From Chloracidobacterium sp. (GTDB lineage: Bacteria; Acidobacteriota; Blastocatellia; Pyrinomonadales; Pyrinomonadaceae): a DNA stretch of 64,000 nucleotides. Position 1 is the first letter of the stretch; the number at the start of each line of letters is the position of its first letter. A program made the position numbers and the translations under genes. Location: the NCBI GenBank assembly GCA_016706275.1, contig JADJJY010000005.1, positions 14,641 through 78,640 of the forward strand, in the 5' to 3' direction. Positions 1 to 11,986 of this stretch are shown one piece after another. The notes under the pieces are model-generated. The model was not told the DNA's origin. It made no database searches and saw nothing but the letters and a program-made list of their open reading frames with translations.

Positions 1-1666
1 GAGCATACTGCGAAATATCCTCACGCGGCTCTGAGATCGCCTTGTCCATGATCTCAAGGATATGCATACGGCCTTTCTTGGCCTGCTCGAGAGCTTCCTG
101 GAGGATCATGGCGTTAATGCCGCCGATCTTGATATCCATCTGGAGAGCGGTGATGCCATCCTCGGTACCCGTGACCTTAAAGTCCATGTCGCCATAGTGG
201 TCCTCGGCTCCGGCAATGTCAGATAGGATCGCGTAGCGATTGCCTTCCATCACCAGTCCCATCGCGACTCCGGCCACTGCCTTTTTGATCGGCACACCTG
301 CGTCCATGAGGCTCAGGATGCCGCCGCAGACAGATGCCATCGACGACGAACCGTTTGATTCGGTGATGTCTGAAACTATACGTATCGTGTACGGAAACTC
401 CTCTTCGTCCGGCAGAACCGATTGGATCGCACGGCGAGCGAGATTGCCATGGCCAGTCTCGCGACGTGATGTGCTGCCAAATCTGCCGGTTTCACCGACC
501 GAATACGGCGGGAAATTATAGTGCAGCATAAAGCGGCGGTCGATGGTACCTTTTTCAAGGTCGTCCATGAACTGTCCGTCCATTTTTGTGCCAAGCGTGG
601 TGGTGACGATCGCCTGTGTCTCTCCGCGGGTAAAGAGCGACGAACCATGGACGCGCGGCAACCAGCCGACCTCCGCCGTGATCGGGCGGATCTCTGAGAA
701 TTTACGTCCGTCCGGACGACGCTTATTAGTTAGCATATCCTCGCGGAAGATCTTTTCCTTGAGTTGGCCAAAAGCCTTGCCTGCCGTCGCACGGGCACCC
801 GGATCATCCTCCGGATAGCTTTCGACGACCTCTTTCTTAAGAGCGTCGAGTCCTGCATAGACCTCGATCTTTTCGCGTCCGGTCGAATCTAGAGCCTTGC
901 GGAGTTTGTCCGTCCAGGTCTTTTCAACGTCGGCAACGATATGAGCATCGAGCTCAGGCACGGTGAATTCACGCTTGGTGATATTAAGAGCCTTTCCGAG
1001 TTCTTTCTGCCACAGGCACAGACGCTTGATCTCGCGGTGTGCGAGCATCAGCGCCTCGACCATGACCGTTTCTTCGACCTCTTCGGCTTCGCATTCGACC
1101 ATACAGATCGCTTCTTCGGTACCAGCGACGATGAGGTTGAGCTGCGATTCGCGGCGTTCGTCAAAAGTCGGGTTTATAATGTACTTGCCTTCGATCAAGC
1201 CGATACGGATACCGGCGATCGGGTCGTTGAACGGGATGTCCGACAGATATAGGGCACAAGACGCACCCGTGATAGCGATCACATCGGGGTCGTTCTCGGC
1301 GTCCGATGAAATGACCGAAGCAACGATCTGCGTTTCAAATCTGTATCCATCAGCGAACAGCGGACGGATCGGACGATCGATCAGTCGGCACGTAAGAATT
1401 TCCTTTTCGCCCGGTCGGCCTTCGCGGCGGAAGTAGTTTCCGGGAATGCGGCCGGCGGCAAAAGAGTTTTCACGATATTCGACCGTGAGCGGGAAAAAAT
1501 CTAAGCCTTCCCTGGCTGTGCGGGCACTGACGGCTGCAACCAGCAACATCGTGTCTCCGTAACGTATAACGACCGAACCGTCGGCCTGTTTGGCAACCTT
1601 GCCTGTTTCTACGATCAGTTCTCTTGTTCCCAACTTGATCGATTCACTCAAATATTTTTTTGTCAT
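1..1666 (-). CDS. pnp: polynucleotide phosphorylase, N-terminal ~555 aa (3' end beyond window edge)
   Basis: Not in the ORF track because it runs off the edge. Reverse translation from ATG 1664-1666 gives MTKKYLSESIKLGTRELIVETGKVAKQADGSVVIRYGDTMLLVAAV...FFPLTVEYRENSFAAGRIPGNYFRREGRPGEKEILTCRLIDRPIRPLF, a typical PNPase N-terminus. It lies downstream of rpsO, the usual arrangement. Confidence 0.9.
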   Translation of the reverse strand, partial: MTKKYLSESIKLGTRELIVETGKVAKQADGSVVIRYGDTMLLVAAVSARTAREGLDFFPLTVEYRENSFAAGRIPGNYFRREGRPGEKEILTCRLIDRPIRPLFADGYRFETQIVASVISSDAENDPDVIAITGASCALYLSDIPFNDPIAGIRIGLIEGKYIINPTFDERRESQLNLIVAGTEEAICMVECEAEEVEETVMVEALMLAHREIKRLCLWQKELGKALNITKREFTVPELDAHIVADVEKTWTDKLRKALDSTGREKIEVYAGLDALKKEVVESYPEDDPGARATAGKAFGQLKEKIFREDMLTNKRRPDGRKFSEIRPITAEVGWLPRVHGSSLFTRGETQAIVTTTLGTKMDGQFMDDLEKGTIDRRFMLHYNFPPYSVGETGRFGSTSRRETGHGNLARRAIQSVLPDEEEFPYTIRIVSDITESNGSSSMASVCGGILSLMDAGVPIKKAVAGVAMGLVMEGNRYAILSDIAGAEDHYGDMDFKVTGTEDGITALQMDIKIGGINAMILQEALEQAKKGRMHILEIMDKAISEPREDISQYA

Positions 1667-1685
1667 TTGTATTCCTTAAAAACAA

Positions 1686-1720
1686 AGACGAAAGAGCAAC
1701 TCCGTGAAGCCCTTTCGTCT
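1686..1720 (-). terminator. rpsO-pnp intercistronic stem-loop (terminator/attenuator or processing hairpin)
   Basis: Perfect 9-bp stem AGACGAAAG (1686-1694) / CTTTCGTCT (1712-1720). On the minus strand it is followed by TTGTTTTTAAGGAATACAAATG, a U-tract, then an AAGGAA SD, then the pnp ATG. Confidence 0.4.
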
Positions 1721-1860
1721 CTGAAAAACTATTGATTTTGACGAAGATCCCAATTCATCCTTTGGCATTTCCAGCTGTCACGTTCAGCCGCCGCAGGTAA
1801 TTTCTTCGAATGGATCTATCTTTTATTAAAGGCTCGAAGAAGCCTAATCTTAGTTTGCAG

Positions 1861-1936
1861 AGTCTTTTGAGTTCTTTGAGTTTATTGAGAGAAAAACATT
1901 CTCAACGAACTCGTTAACCCAACGAACTCAACGAAC
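1861..1936. repeat. tandem-word hairpin, GAGTTC/TTGAGT family (complement AACGAACTC)
   Basis: Left arm agtcttttgagttctttgagtttattgag; right arm ctcaacgaactcgttaacccaacgaactcaacgaactt. It directly abuts the rpsO stop codon. Confidence 0.7.
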
Positions 1937-2206
1937 TTAACGGCGTAAGCCAAGTTTCTTGATGATCTCATGATACTCGCCAATATTGCGGCGTTTGAGA
2001 TAATCGAGCAGTTTTCTACGACGCGAGACCATTATGAGCAAGCCTCTACGCGAATTGTTATCTTTCTTATGAATCTTAAAATGCTCTGTTAATTCGTTGA
2101 TCCGTTGCGTGAGCAGAGCGATCTGCACCTGCGACGAACCCGTATCCGATCCGTGTGTTTTGTAGTCACCTACGATCTGTTCTTTTAATTCTTTAACTGT
2201 TGACAT
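1937..2206 (-). CDS. rpsO: 30S ribosomal protein S15
   Basis: 89-aa ORF ending ...[44 protein letters not shown], an S15 signature. It sits upstream of pnp. Confidence 0.97.
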   Translation of the reverse strand: MSTVKELKEQIVGDYKTHGSDTGSSQVQIALLTQRINELTEHFKIHKKDNNSRRGLLIMVSRRRKLLDYLKRRNIGEYHEIIKKLGLRR

Positions 2207-2351
2207 ATTGTCTTGCTAAAATAGCCTCTCCTGTTGCTCGCAGTAACTCCGTTCAAACGAACGGTAACCACGAAGATTTAACTTCTAAAACTTAAAACAA
2301 CTAATAATAATTGTTGGTTTAACTCTAACATAATCAAGCACTAAGGACAAT

Positions 2352-3701
2352 TTAGACCTCGTACTTGAATTCTTCCATAAACTTGGTCGAAAAATTTCCT
2401 TTCTGAAAATTTTCATCCGCCATGATCGCTTTGTGTAGCGGGATCGTGGTCTTAATTCCCTCAATGACCATCATATCAAGGGCTCGCTGCATACGTGCGA
2501 TCGCCAGTTCGCGTGTGCGGGCGTGGACGATGAGTTTAGCGATCATCGAATCGTAATATGGCGGCACGACATAGCCAGGATAAACAGCAGTATCGACGCG
2601 AACGCCAGGTCCGCCGGGGATGTTAAATGCCGTGATCTTCCCGGGACTCGGCGTAAATTTGACCGGATCCTCAGCGTTGATGCGGCACTCGATCGAATGG
2701 CCGACGATCTGGACCTCGCTTTGCAAATAGCCGATATTCTCGCCGGTGGCGATGCGGATCTGATTTCGGACAATGTCGGCGAGCGTGACCATCTCGGTCA
2801 CCGGATGCTCGACCTGGATGCGGGTGTTCATTTCCATGAAATAAAAACTGCCATCCTCATCAAGCAAAAATTCAAAAGTTCCGGCGCTTGAGTATCCGAT
2901 CTCCTGGCACGCCTTGACTGCGACAGCACCCATCGCTTCACGTTGTTCTACCGTGATTGCAGGCGACGGAGCCTCTTCAAGCAGCTTTTGATGCCGACGC
3001 TGGATGGTGCATTCGCGTTCACCAAGGTGAATGACGTTGCCGTGCTCGTCGGCGAGAACCTGTATTTCGATATGTCTCGGCCGCTCGATGTAACGCTCGA
3101 TATAGACCGCACCGTTCTTAAATGCGTTTAGTGCCTCGGTCTGAGCAAGCTCGAGGCTGGTCTCAACCTCGCTTTCATCGCGAACGATACGCATCCCGCG
3201 TCCGCCGCCGCCGGCAGCGGCTTTGATAATGACGGGCAAACCTATTCGCCCGATCAATTCAAGAGCTTCTTCTTTTGATTCGATCGCCTCGGGGCTGCCG
3301 GGTAAAATCGGGACGCCCGCCGCGGTCATCGTACGGCGGGCCTCGACCTTGTCACCCATCATCGCAATGACGTTGGGTGACGGTCCGATAAATTTGATAT
3401 TGCAATCTTCGCAGATCTTGGCGAACGTCGCGGATTCGGCCAAAAAGCCATAACCCGGATGTATCGCATCGACATTGGTGATCTCGGCGGCGCTGATTAT
3501 CGACGGGATATTGAGATAGCTCTCAGCCGACGATGCCGGCCCGACACAGATCGCCTCATCGGCAAATCGCACATGCAAAGCCTCACGGTCCGCCTCGGAG
3601 TGAACGGCGACGGTCTTAATGCCCATCTCCTTACACGTCCAAATAATGCGGTTAGCGATCTCACCGCGATTTGCTACCAGTATTTTGCGAATTTCCCGCA
3701 T
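2352..3701 (-). CDS. accC: acetyl-CoA carboxylase biotin carboxylase subunit
   Basis: 449 aa. [19 protein letters not shown]..., ATP-grasp motifs ([18 protein letters not shown]). It follows accB. Confidence 0.96.
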   Translation of the reverse strand: MREIRKILVANRGEIANRIIWTCKEMGIKTVAVHSEADREALHVRFADEAICVGPASSAESYLNIPSIISAAEITNVDAIHPGYGFLAESATFAKICEDCNIKFIGPSPNVIAMMGDKVEARRTMTAAGVPILPGSPEAIESKEEALELIGRIGLPVIIKAAAGGGGRGMRIVRDESEVETSLELAQTEALNAFKNGAVYIERYIERPRHIEIQVLADEHGNVIHLGERECTIQRRHQKLLEEAPSPAITVEQREAMGAVAVKACQEIGYSSAGTFEFLLDEDGSFYFMEMNTRIQVEHPVTEMVTLADIVRNQIRIATGENIGYLQSEVQIVGHSIECRINAEDPVKFTPSPGKITAFNIPGGPGVRVDTAVYPGYVVPPYYDSMIAKLIVHARTRELAIARMQRALDMMVIEGIKTTIPLHKAIMADENFQKGNFSTKFMEEFKYEV

Positions 3702-3781
3702 AAAGATTTTTAGCCACGAGCCACACTAATGTCACGAATAATTCTTTTAATTCGTGCTATTCGTGTAATTCGTGGCTAATT

Positions 3782-4327
3782 CTATTTCTTAACTCCGAAG
3801 AGTGCCTGTCCGTACTCGACTGGCTGGCCGTTTTCGACGTAGATCTTCACGATCTGGCCTGAAACCTCGGCCTGGATCTCGTTCATCAACTTCATCGCTT
3901 CGACGATACAAACCGTCGATTCAGGCGAGACGTTGCTGCCCTCGCTGACATAAGAGTCTTTATCAGGGCCGGGCGAACGATAAAATGTTCCGACGATCGG
4001 CGAAGTGATCTTGTGCAACCCCGCGTCCGGATCAACTGTTGGATCCGCAGGTGCAGCTTCAACCGGAGCCGTCGCCGCCTGTGCGACGGGAGCGGAAACT
4101 GGAGCCGCCTGTGCGACAGGTGCCGCCGTCATCTTGCTGAGACGCACTCGGATATTCTCGTTTTCAAACTCAAAATCCGTAAACCCGTGTTCATTGACCA
4201 GTGAGGCAAGTGCCTGCAGCTCGTCCATGTTAAACGACGGATCGGTCACGTCTTGTTTTTTGTCGCTTTTTTTCTCGGCCACTATATCTCCGCCCTGTGC
4301 TTTTGCTGATGCTGTGTTTTCACTCAT
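3782..4327 (-). CDS. accB: biotin carboxyl carrier protein
   Basis: 181 aa. Ala/Pro-rich linker and a C-terminal biotinyl domain with the EAMKLMNEI motif. Confidence 0.95.
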   Translation of the reverse strand: MSENTASAKAQGGDIVAEKKSDKKQDVTDPSFNMDELQALASLVNEHGFTDFEFENENIRVRLSKMTAAPVAQAAPVSAPVAQAATAPVEAAPADPTVDPDAGLHKITSPIVGTFYRSPGPDKDSYVSEGSNVSPESTVCIVEAMKLMNEIQAEVSGQIVKIYVENGQPVEYGQALFGVKK

Positions 4328-4348
4328 CTCAACAAGCCTCCGTTAGCT

Positions 4349-4852
4349 TTAACCTTTAGCGGCAAGTTCCCGTTTGCTATCAACTAGCTCGATCACCGAC
4401 ATCTCAGCGTTGTCGCCCTGACGTCGTCCGAGTTTGATGATACGCGTATAACCGCCATCACGGTCTTTATAGCGCGCTCCGAGCTCATTGAAAAGTCTCT
4501 GAAGCGCTTTTACGCCTGCGGTACGCTCGATCGGCTCTTTAGTCTCGCCCTTTTTACCACGAAAACGGCTCTGTTCTTTCTTAAACGTGCCGTTACCCGC
4601 GTGAAAAAACGCAGCCGCCTGACGGCGAAGGTGTACGCCGCGAAGTACGGTATCTTCGCCTTCGAGGTTCGCAGCTTTCTTGGCCAAGGTGATCGCTTTC
4701 TCAATGAACGGCCTCAGCTCTTTAGCCTTCGGCGTTGTCGTAACGATGTGTTCCTTGTCAGCGTTGATCAGCGAAGTCGCGAGATTCCTGAGCATCGACA
4801 TGCGATGCTCGGTCGTGCGTCCTAATTTACGATGTGCTTTTAAATGTCTCAT
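4349..4852 (-). CDS. rplQ: 50S ribosomal protein L17 (with C-terminal extension)
   Basis: 167 aa. MRHLKAHRKLGRTTEHRMSMLRNLATSLI... It follows rpoA. Confidence 0.96.
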   Translation of the reverse strand: MRHLKAHRKLGRTTEHRMSMLRNLATSLINADKEHIVTTTPKAKELRPFIEKAITLAKKAANLEGEDTVLRGVHLRRQAAAFFHAGNGTFKKEQSRFRGKKGETKEPIERTAGVKALQRLFNELGARYKDRDGGYTRIIKLGRRQGDNAEMSVIELVDSKRELAAKG

Positions 4853-4919
4853 TTCTCTAGTTGTCGGTTGTCAGTTGCTTTTTTACTGCCTAGTGCCGCT
4901 GCCAACTGCCTACCGGACT

Positions 4920-5933
4920 TTAGTCCAAATCGCGTCCACCCGATCCCGGGATCGGATTGCCTTGTTCGTCAAAATCCATTCCGAAATCGAGTCCCATGCC
5001 GTGCAGCATGTCTTTGATCTCAGTCAATGATTTCTTACCAAAATTCTTGGTGTGCAGCATGTCCTTTTCGCTGCGTTTGATAAGGTCGCGGATCGAGCGG
5101 ATATCGGCGTTTTTCAAACAGTTGTACGAACGTACCGAAAGCTCCAACTCATCTACCGACTTATCAAGCAGGTCATTTCGCATAAGCGGCGGACGTGCGA
5201 TATCTTCAAATTTGTATTCTTCTTCTTCCTCTTCGAAATTGATAAAGATCGACATGTGATCTTTGACCAATTTAGCGGCGAGGCCGATCGAATCTTCGGG
5301 TTTGACCGAACCGTCAGTCCAAACCTCAACGGTGAGACGGTCATATTCGGTGTTCGAACCCTGACGCGTCTTATCGACGTTGTAATTTACTTTCTTGATC
5401 GGCGTGTGGACCGAATCGATAGGAATATATCCGACAGACAGGTCTTCGTCGTTGTTAAGCTCAGCCGAGACGTATCCGCGTCCTTGTTTGAGACGCATCT
5501 CGATGTTGAGGTTGCCGCCCGAGCTGATCGTCGCGATGTGGACGTCGTCTTTGAGCACCTCGACGTCACCGTCGGTCTCAATATCGGCACTGGTCACTTC
5601 GCCGGCACCTTTTTTGCTGATCGAGAGGGTTTTTACACCGCCGCCGTGCAGCTTAAAAGGAACCTGTTTCAGGTTGAGAATAACGTCAGTTGCGTCTTCG
5701 ACAACGCCCTTGATCGACGAAAACTCGTGCTCAACGCCTTCGATCTTGACCGCCGTAACAGCGGCCCCTTCGATCGACGAGAGCAGTGCACGACGGATCG
5801 AGTTACCGATGGTCGTACCAAACCCACGTTCAAAAGGCGATGCATAAAATTTTCCGTACCGCTCGGTCAATGTCTCAGTATCGACATTTAGGCGGCTCGG
5901 CATCTGAAAATCTGTCCAATTATTGCTTGTCAT
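4920..5933 (-). CDS. rpoA: DNA-directed RNA polymerase subunit alpha
   Basis: 337 aa. N-terminal assembly domain plus a C-terminal domain ([21 protein letters not shown]). Alpha-operon context. Confidence 0.97.
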   Translation of the reverse strand: MTSNNWTDFQMPSRLNVDTETLTERYGKFYASPFERGFGTTIGNSIRRALLSSIEGAAVTAVKIEGVEHEFSSIKGVVEDATDVILNLKQVPFKLHGGGVKTLSISKKGAGEVTSADIETDGDVEVLKDDVHIATISSGGNLNIEMRLKQGRGYVSAELNNDEDLSVGYIPIDSVHTPIKKVNYNVDKTRQGSNTEYDRLTVEVWTDGSVKPEDSIGLAAKLVKDHMSIFINFEEEEEEYKFEDIARPPLMRNDLLDKSVDELELSVRSYNCLKNADIRSIRDLIKRSEKDMLHTKNFGKKSLTEIKDMLHGMGLDFGMDFDEQGNPIPGSGGRDLD

Positions 5934-5934
5934 A

Positions 5935-6028
5935 TTGTTCTTGTTATAAAAAGTCTATGAGTTGGCTTTGTCCCCGGGGCCTCCCTAGCAAGAACAAACT
6001 CTTCGGCCACGGCTACTTTAGCCAACTC
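5935..6028 (-). promoter_or_regulatory. interleaved inverted repeats (pseudoknot or alternative-hairpin candidate) in the rpsD-rpoA spacer
   Basis: A=ttgttcttg 5935-5943 pairs with A'=caagaacaa 5989-5997. B=gagttggct 5959-5967 pairs with B'=agccaactc 6020-6028. The order is A-B-A'-B'. Element A lies 2 nt from the rpoA ATG, and no SD is visible. Confidence 0.4.
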
Positions 6029-6035
6029 GTGTGTA

Positions 6036-6668
6036 TTACTTACTGTAAAGTTCGACAATAAGCTGTTCGTTAATGTTTGCGTCAATATCTTCGCGTCTCG
6101 GTGTTGCCGAAACATTGACCGTAAACTCCTGTCCGCCGGCACTAAGCCATGCCGGACGTCCGCGGCCCGCTGCCGTCGACCATGCACCTTCGACGTGCGT
6201 GTTGTTCTGGCTGCGGCCCTTAACGGCGATCGAATCACCAGCCTTCACCTGAAATGAAGGGATATCGACCTTGCGGCCGTTTACTTCGATATGTCCGTGA
6301 TTTACTAGCTGACGTGCCTGACGGCGTGAGGTCGAAAAACCTGAGCGGTAAACGACGTTGTCGAGGCGGCGTTCGAGCATGAACAATAAGTTCTCACCCG
6401 TAACACCCTTTTGACGACGTGCCTTTTCAAAGTAGTTGCGAAACTGCTTTTCGAGGATAAAGTAAATACGCTTTACTTTCTGCTTTTCGCGAAGCTGCTC
6501 ACCATAACCCTGGAGCATCTTGCGGCGAGCCGCACCATGCTGACCCGGAGGGTTAGTTCCGCGTTTCTCGATAGCACACGACGGTTTGAAACACCGGTCG
6601 CCTTTCAAAAATAATTTTCCACCTTCGCGACGGCAAAGCCTGCACACCGCATCTCTATATCTAGCCAT
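6036..6668 (-). CDS. rpsD: 30S ribosomal protein S4
   Basis: 210 aa. [26 protein letters not shown]... with an S4 domain. Confidence 0.97.
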   Translation of the reverse strand: MARYRDAVCRLCRREGGKLFLKGDRCFKPSCAIEKRGTNPPGQHGAARRKMLQGYGEQLREKQKVKRIYFILEKQFRNYFEKARRQKGVTGENLLFMLERRLDNVVYRSGFSTSRRQARQLVNHGHIEVNGRKVDIPSFQVKAGDSIAVKGRSQNNTHVEGAWSTAAGRGRPAWLSAGGQEFTVNVSATPRREDIDANINEQLIVELYSK

Positions 6669-6801
6669 ATTATGTTTTCTGCCTCCGTACCTTTACGGAA
6701 AAGTTTACGAGCCGGAGCCCTTCTTCCTTTCGATAATCACCAAGTCTAATTTGAAATCTCGAATCTCAAATCTGAAATGGATCTAAAAAAATCCAAATAG
6801 A

Positions 6802-7200
6802 TCAAACTCTACGCCGTTTCGGCGGCCTGCAACCGTTGTGCGGGATCGGTGTCGTATCGCGGATCGATGTCACGCGAATACCTGCCAGTGCGATCGCACG
6901 AATTGCAGATTCACGTCCTCCGCCCGGGCCTTTGACCCGAACCTCGACCTCACGCATACCGACATCGAGTGCCTTACGGGCAACTTCTGATGCCGCTTGC
7001 TGTGCCGCGAACGGTGTTCCCTTTCGCGAACCGCGGAAACCGCGTGCTCCCGACGAAGATTGACCAACAAGATTTCCCTGCGTATCGGTGATCGAAATCA
7101 GCGTGTTATTAAACGACGCCGCGATATGAACGATACCGACAGGTATATTCTTTTTCTCTTTCTTCTTATAAACCTTCTTTTTTGTTGCTGCTTTTGCCAT
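6802..7200 (-). CDS. rpsK: 30S ribosomal protein S11
   Basis: 132 aa. ...[18 protein letters not shown]...[15 protein letters not shown]... Confidence 0.97.
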   Translation of the reverse strand: MAKAATKKKVYKKKEKKNIPVGIVHIAASFNNTLISITDTQGNLVGQSSSGARGFRGSRKGTPFAAQQAASEVARKALDVGMREVEVRVKGPGGGRESAIRAIALAGIRVTSIRDTTPIPHNGCRPPKRRRV

Positions 7201-7208
7201 TTTTAATT

Positions 7209-7272
7209 AGTGGTCAGTGGCCGGTGGCCAGTGGGCGGTGATCTTTCTGACCACTGTCCACTGACCACTGAC
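7209..7272. repeat. tandem-heptamer hairpin, GACCACT family
   Basis: Left arm agtggtc agtggcc ggtggcc agtgggc ggtg; loop atctttct; right arm gaccact gtccact gaccact gac. It fills the rpsM-rpsK spacer. Confidence 0.75.
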
Positions 7273-7274
7273 GA

Positions 7275-7658
7275 CTATTTCTTCCCTGGTGCCTTCTTCT
7301 TCGCAACGGCTGCTTTACGCGGCCCTTTTCTTGTTCGTGCGTTAGTGCTGGTGCGCTGTCCGCGAACGGGCAGTCCGCGTCTGTGACGCAAGCCGCGATA
7401 GCATCCGATATCCATCAGCCGCTTGATGTTCATCTGGGTGAGCTTTCTCAGGTCGCCCTCGATGTCATCCATTCCGTCGAGAATCGCACGGATCTTATTT
7501 AATTCGTCCTCGCTGAGATCCTTGATCTTGGAATCAATGCCGATACCGGCCTGTTCCAAGATCGCGGTCGCACGCGATTTGCCCACACCATAGATGTAGG
7601 TCATTCCAATTTGTGCCCTCTTATTGGGCGGTAGATCAACTCCTGCTATACGAGCCAT
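7275..7658 (-). CDS. rpsM: 30S ribosomal protein S13
   Basis: 127 aa. [26 protein letters not shown]... Confidence 0.97.
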   Translation of the reverse strand: MARIAGVDLPPNKRAQIGMTYIYGVGKSRATAILEQAGIGIDSKIKDLSEDELNKIRAILDGMDDIEGDLRKLTQMNIKRLMDIGCYRGLRHRRGLPVRGQRTSTNARTRKGPRKAAVAKKKAPGKK

Positions 7659-7673
7659 AATTTCTCCGATTTA

Positions 7674-7787
7674 TTAACCCTGTCTTTGCTTGTGCTTTGG
7701 ATTCTCACAAATAACACGCACGATGCCCTTGCGATGGATCACCTTGCACTTGTCGCACATTTTCTTTACTGATGGCCTAACTTTCAT
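7674..7787 (-). CDS. rpmJ: 50S ribosomal protein L36
   Basis: Below the ORF-track size cut-off. The reverse strand reads [37 protein letters not shown] (37 aa), in the canonical position between infA and rpsM. Confidence 0.93.
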   Translation of the reverse strand: MKVRPSVKKMCDKCKVIHRKGIVRVICENPKHKQRQG

Positions 7788-7802
7788 CTTGTTTCACCTG
7801 TC

Positions 7803-8024
7803 CTACTTATAGCGATATGTAATTCGCCCACGTCCCAGATCATAAGGCGAAAGCTCGACTAAAACCTTATCGCCCGGCAATATGCGAATAAAATTCTTAC
7901 GCATTTTGCCCGAAATATGAGCCAAAACCTCGTGGTTATTATCGTCCACGGCAACCTTGAACATTGCATTAGGCAATGTTTCCAGCACTGTCGCTGTGAC
8001 CTCTATCGCTTCTTCTTTAGACAT
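7803..8024 (-). CDS. infA: translation initiation factor IF-1
   Basis: The ORF track gives 86 aa. I place the start at the internal [24 protein letters not shown]... (ATG 8022-8024, 73 aa), which matches normal IF-1 length. Confidence 0.93.
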   Translation of the reverse strand: MSKEEAIEVTATVLETLPNAMFKVAVDDNNHEVLAHISGKMRKNFIRILPGDKVLVELSPYDLGRGRITYRYK

Positions 8025-8090
8025 ACATACAACGCCAACTTGCTGAATAGTTGAGCAAACCAATAATATTAGCCTCTAACGGCCAATTTT

Positions 8091-8894
8091 TCAAGTCGCC
8101 AAAGCCGCATTATCTGCGCCATTCTCTTGCCTGAGCCGTTTCTGCTCTTTTGTAAGCGTCAAAATTTCCGGCCCGTCCGGCGTCACCGCCAACGTATGCT
8201 CTGCGTGAGCCGAAGGTTTGCCGTCTAATGTAACTACAGTCCACTTGTCACCAAGCGTCTTTGTAGCGGCAGTTCCGAGATTGAGCATCGGCTCGATCGC
8301 AAAACAATAGCCCGCACGAATACGCTCTTTTGTGCCCGGACGCCCGTAATTTGGTATCTGTGGCGACTCATGCATCTGGCGGCCAATACCATGTCCCGTA
8401 TAATCGCGAACAATTCCGTAACCAAATTTCTCTGCGTGTTCTTGAACAGCCCAACCAATATCACCGATCCGGTTATTGACCCGAGCGGCTTGGATACCGT
8501 ACTCAAGACATTCCTCTGTCACACGAATAAGCTGTTTCAGTTCCTCGCTGATCTTGCCTACGGGAACTGTCATCGCTGTATCTCCGACAAAACCGTCATA
8601 AGTCGCGGCCATATCAAGCGAGGCAATATCACCTTCTACTAAAGGTGTAGTCTTTGAAAAACCGTGCACGATCTCATCATTGACCGACGCACATATCGCA
8701 TACGGAAACCCGTGATAACCAATAAATGTCGGTAGAGCACCCGCATCGCGGATCATCTTTTCGGCTGCATTATTCAGATCCATCGTCGAAATGCCGGGTT
8801 CGACCATCACCCGCAAAGCCTCACGCACCTCAGCGATAAGCTCGCCGACGGCACGCATTTTATCAAGGTCTTTGGCTGATTTCGCGATGATCAT
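8091..8894 (-). CDS. map: type I methionine aminopeptidase
   Basis: 267 aa with the metal-ligand context of MetAP (VHGF..., DMAATYDGFVGD, HGIG, EPM). Confidence 0.94.
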   Translation of the reverse strand: MIIAKSAKDLDKMRAVGELIAEVREALRVMVEPGISTMDLNNAAEKMIRDAGALPTFIGYHGFPYAICASVNDEIVHGFSKTTPLVEGDIASLDMAATYDGFVGDTAMTVPVGKISEELKQLIRVTEECLEYGIQAARVNNRIGDIGWAVQEHAEKFGYGIVRDYTGHGIGRQMHESPQIPNYGRPGTKERIRAGYCFAIEPMLNLGTAATKTLGDKWTVVTLDGKPSAHAEHTLAVTPDGPEILTLTKEQKRLRQENGADNAALAT

Positions 8895-8906
8895 CTCTTT
8901 TTGATC

Positions 8907-9554
8907 TTAAGCTATGAGCTTTTCCAGCTCTGAATAAATGTCTTCGACCTCTCCGGTTCCGTCGATTTTCTTGAGCCTTCCTGAACGCTCGTAATACGCC
9001 AGCAGCGGCTCCGTATTGGTTTTATACGTATCAAGCCTCGTTCTAACGCTTTCCTCGTTATCGTCTGCACGATGGTCGAGTTTTGCATCAGGATGATCGT
9101 CACAAAACCCGTCGTTCTTTGGCGGACGCGAATAAATATTGTAGATCTCACCGCACACCGGGCAGCTTCGGCGGCCGGTCAGACGCTTGAACAATTCATC
9201 CCGCGGCACATCGACCTCGATCGCCTGAATCTCTTTTCCCTGCTCGACCGCGAGTTGCTCAAGTTGCTCAGCCTGAACCGCAGTTCGCGGATATCCGTCA
9301 AGCACGTAGGTTCCCGCAGTATCGGGTTTCGCCGTCCGTTCCCGTACGATCTTATAAGTGAGATCATCCGAAATAAGCTTGCCCGACGCCATTGTTTCCT
9401 GAACCTCACGAGCCAGCGGCGTATCCGCCTTTTTCATCTCGCGAAACATATCGCCTGTAGATATCTGCGGTATGCCTTTTCGTTCATCGAGCAGCCGAGC
9501 CTGAGTTCCCTTTCCGGCTCCCGGTGCCCCTATGAGTATGATGATCTTATCCAT
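8907..9554 (-). CDS. adk: adenylate kinase
   Basis: I place the start at MDKIIILIGAPGAGKGTQ (ATG 9552-9554). The upstream part of the track ORF (MCPLCLCGESFL) is a translation of the repeat hairpin. P-loop and lid region are present. Confidence 0.94.
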   Translation of the reverse strand: MDKIIILIGAPGAGKGTQARLLDERKGIPQISTGDMFREMKKADTPLAREVQETMASGKLISDDLTYKIVRERTAKPDTAGTYVLDGYPRTAVQAEQLEQLAVEQGKEIQAIEVDVPRDELFKRLTGRRSCPVCGEIYNIYSRPPKNDGFCDDHPDAKLDHRADDNEESVRTRLDTYKTNTEPLLAYYERSGRLKKIDGTGEVEDIYSELEKLIA

Positions 9555-9565
9555 TAAAAAACTTT

Positions 9566-9634
9566 CACCACAAAGGCACAAAGGACACAAAGAACGACTT
9601 ATTCAGCCTTTGTGTTCTTGGTGCCTTTGTGGTG
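9566..9634. repeat. tandem-word hairpin, CACAAAGG family
   Basis: Left arm caccacaaaggcacaaaggacacaaagaac; loop gacttattcag; right arm cctttgtgttcttggtgcctttgtggtg. It lies between the secY stop and the adk start. Confidence 0.75.
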
Positions 9635-9641
9635 TCAAAAA

Positions 9642-11060
<1,419 letters not shown>

Positions 11061-11149
11061 AAATTTGGTGGTCGTTCGTGGTTGGCTGTTAGTTGTTAGG
11101 CGAACCGTATGGCGGATGCAGCAACTAACTACGAACTACGAACAACGGA

Positions 11150-11629
11150 CTAAGCAGCCGCTTCGGCTTCCTTGTACTTTTCGATGACCGTAGCAGTTCC
11201 ACCGGCCTTTTCGACCTTGTCTTTAGCCGTCTTGGTAAAGCGGTGTGCTGAAATATTTAACGATTTTGTCACCTCGCCAGTTCCGAGGATCACAAGATCG
11301 TGCTTGGCCTTTTTGATTAGGCCGCGTTCGTGCAAAATTTCCGGCGTGACATCGTCACCAGCCTTGAAACTTTCTTCGATCTTAGCGAGGCTGATCTCGA
11401 TCCATTGTTTCTTAAAGATATTGGTAAAGCCGCGCTTCGGCAGACGACGCTGCAAAGGCATCTGTCCACCCTCGAAACCGATCTTTTGGCTATAACCCGA
11501 ACGCGATTTCTGACCTTTGTGGCCTTTACCGGCAGTCTTACCGGTTCCCGAACCGGGACCACGCCCGATACGTTTTTTCTTATGCGTCGAACCTTTTGCC
11601 GGACGTAAATTATTTAGTGCTAGTACCAT
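11150..11629 (-). CDS. rplO: 50S ribosomal protein L15
   Basis: 159 aa. ...[24 protein letters not shown]... Confidence 0.96.
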   Translation of the reverse strand: MVLALNNLRPAKGSTHKKKRIGRGPGSGTGKTAGKGHKGQKSRSGYSQKIGFEGGQMPLQRRLPKRGFTNIFKKQWIEISLAKIEESFKAGDDVTPEILHERGLIKKAKHDLVILGTGEVTKSLNISAHRFTKTAKDKVEKAGGTATVIEKYKEAEAAA

Positions 11630-11702
11630 AACGTTAATGTCGAATTACGAATTTCGAACGATGAATTCTTATGTTCATCATTCCATATTCAGCATTCATT
11701 AT

Positions 11703-11906
11703 TTATTCCACGATCCTCAAAAGATGCGGGATCTTTGCAACAATGCCGCGTGACGCCGCCGTGTCCTCACGGACAACCGTCTGGTTCAACTTTGTGATGC
11801 CCAGGCTTTTGACGATGTCTTTCTGTTTCTTAGCGTAGCCGATCATGCTCCGGTAATACTGGATCTTGATCTGCGAGCTATCCGAATTTTCTGTTTTCTT
11901 TGCCAT
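11703..11906 (-). CDS. rpmD: 50S ribosomal protein L30
   Basis: 67 aa. ...IKIQYYRSMIGYAKKQKDIVKSLGI...; position between rpsE and rplO. Confidence 0.92.
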   Translation of the reverse strand: MAKKTENSDSSQIKIQYYRSMIGYAKKQKDIVKSLGITKLNQTVVREDTAASRGIVAKIPHLLRIVE

Positions 11907-11986
11907 GATATTTCAAATTTCGAATATCAAATATCGAAGTTCGAATCAGCTTTAAGATTCATCATTCGTTATTCGAAATTCGATAT

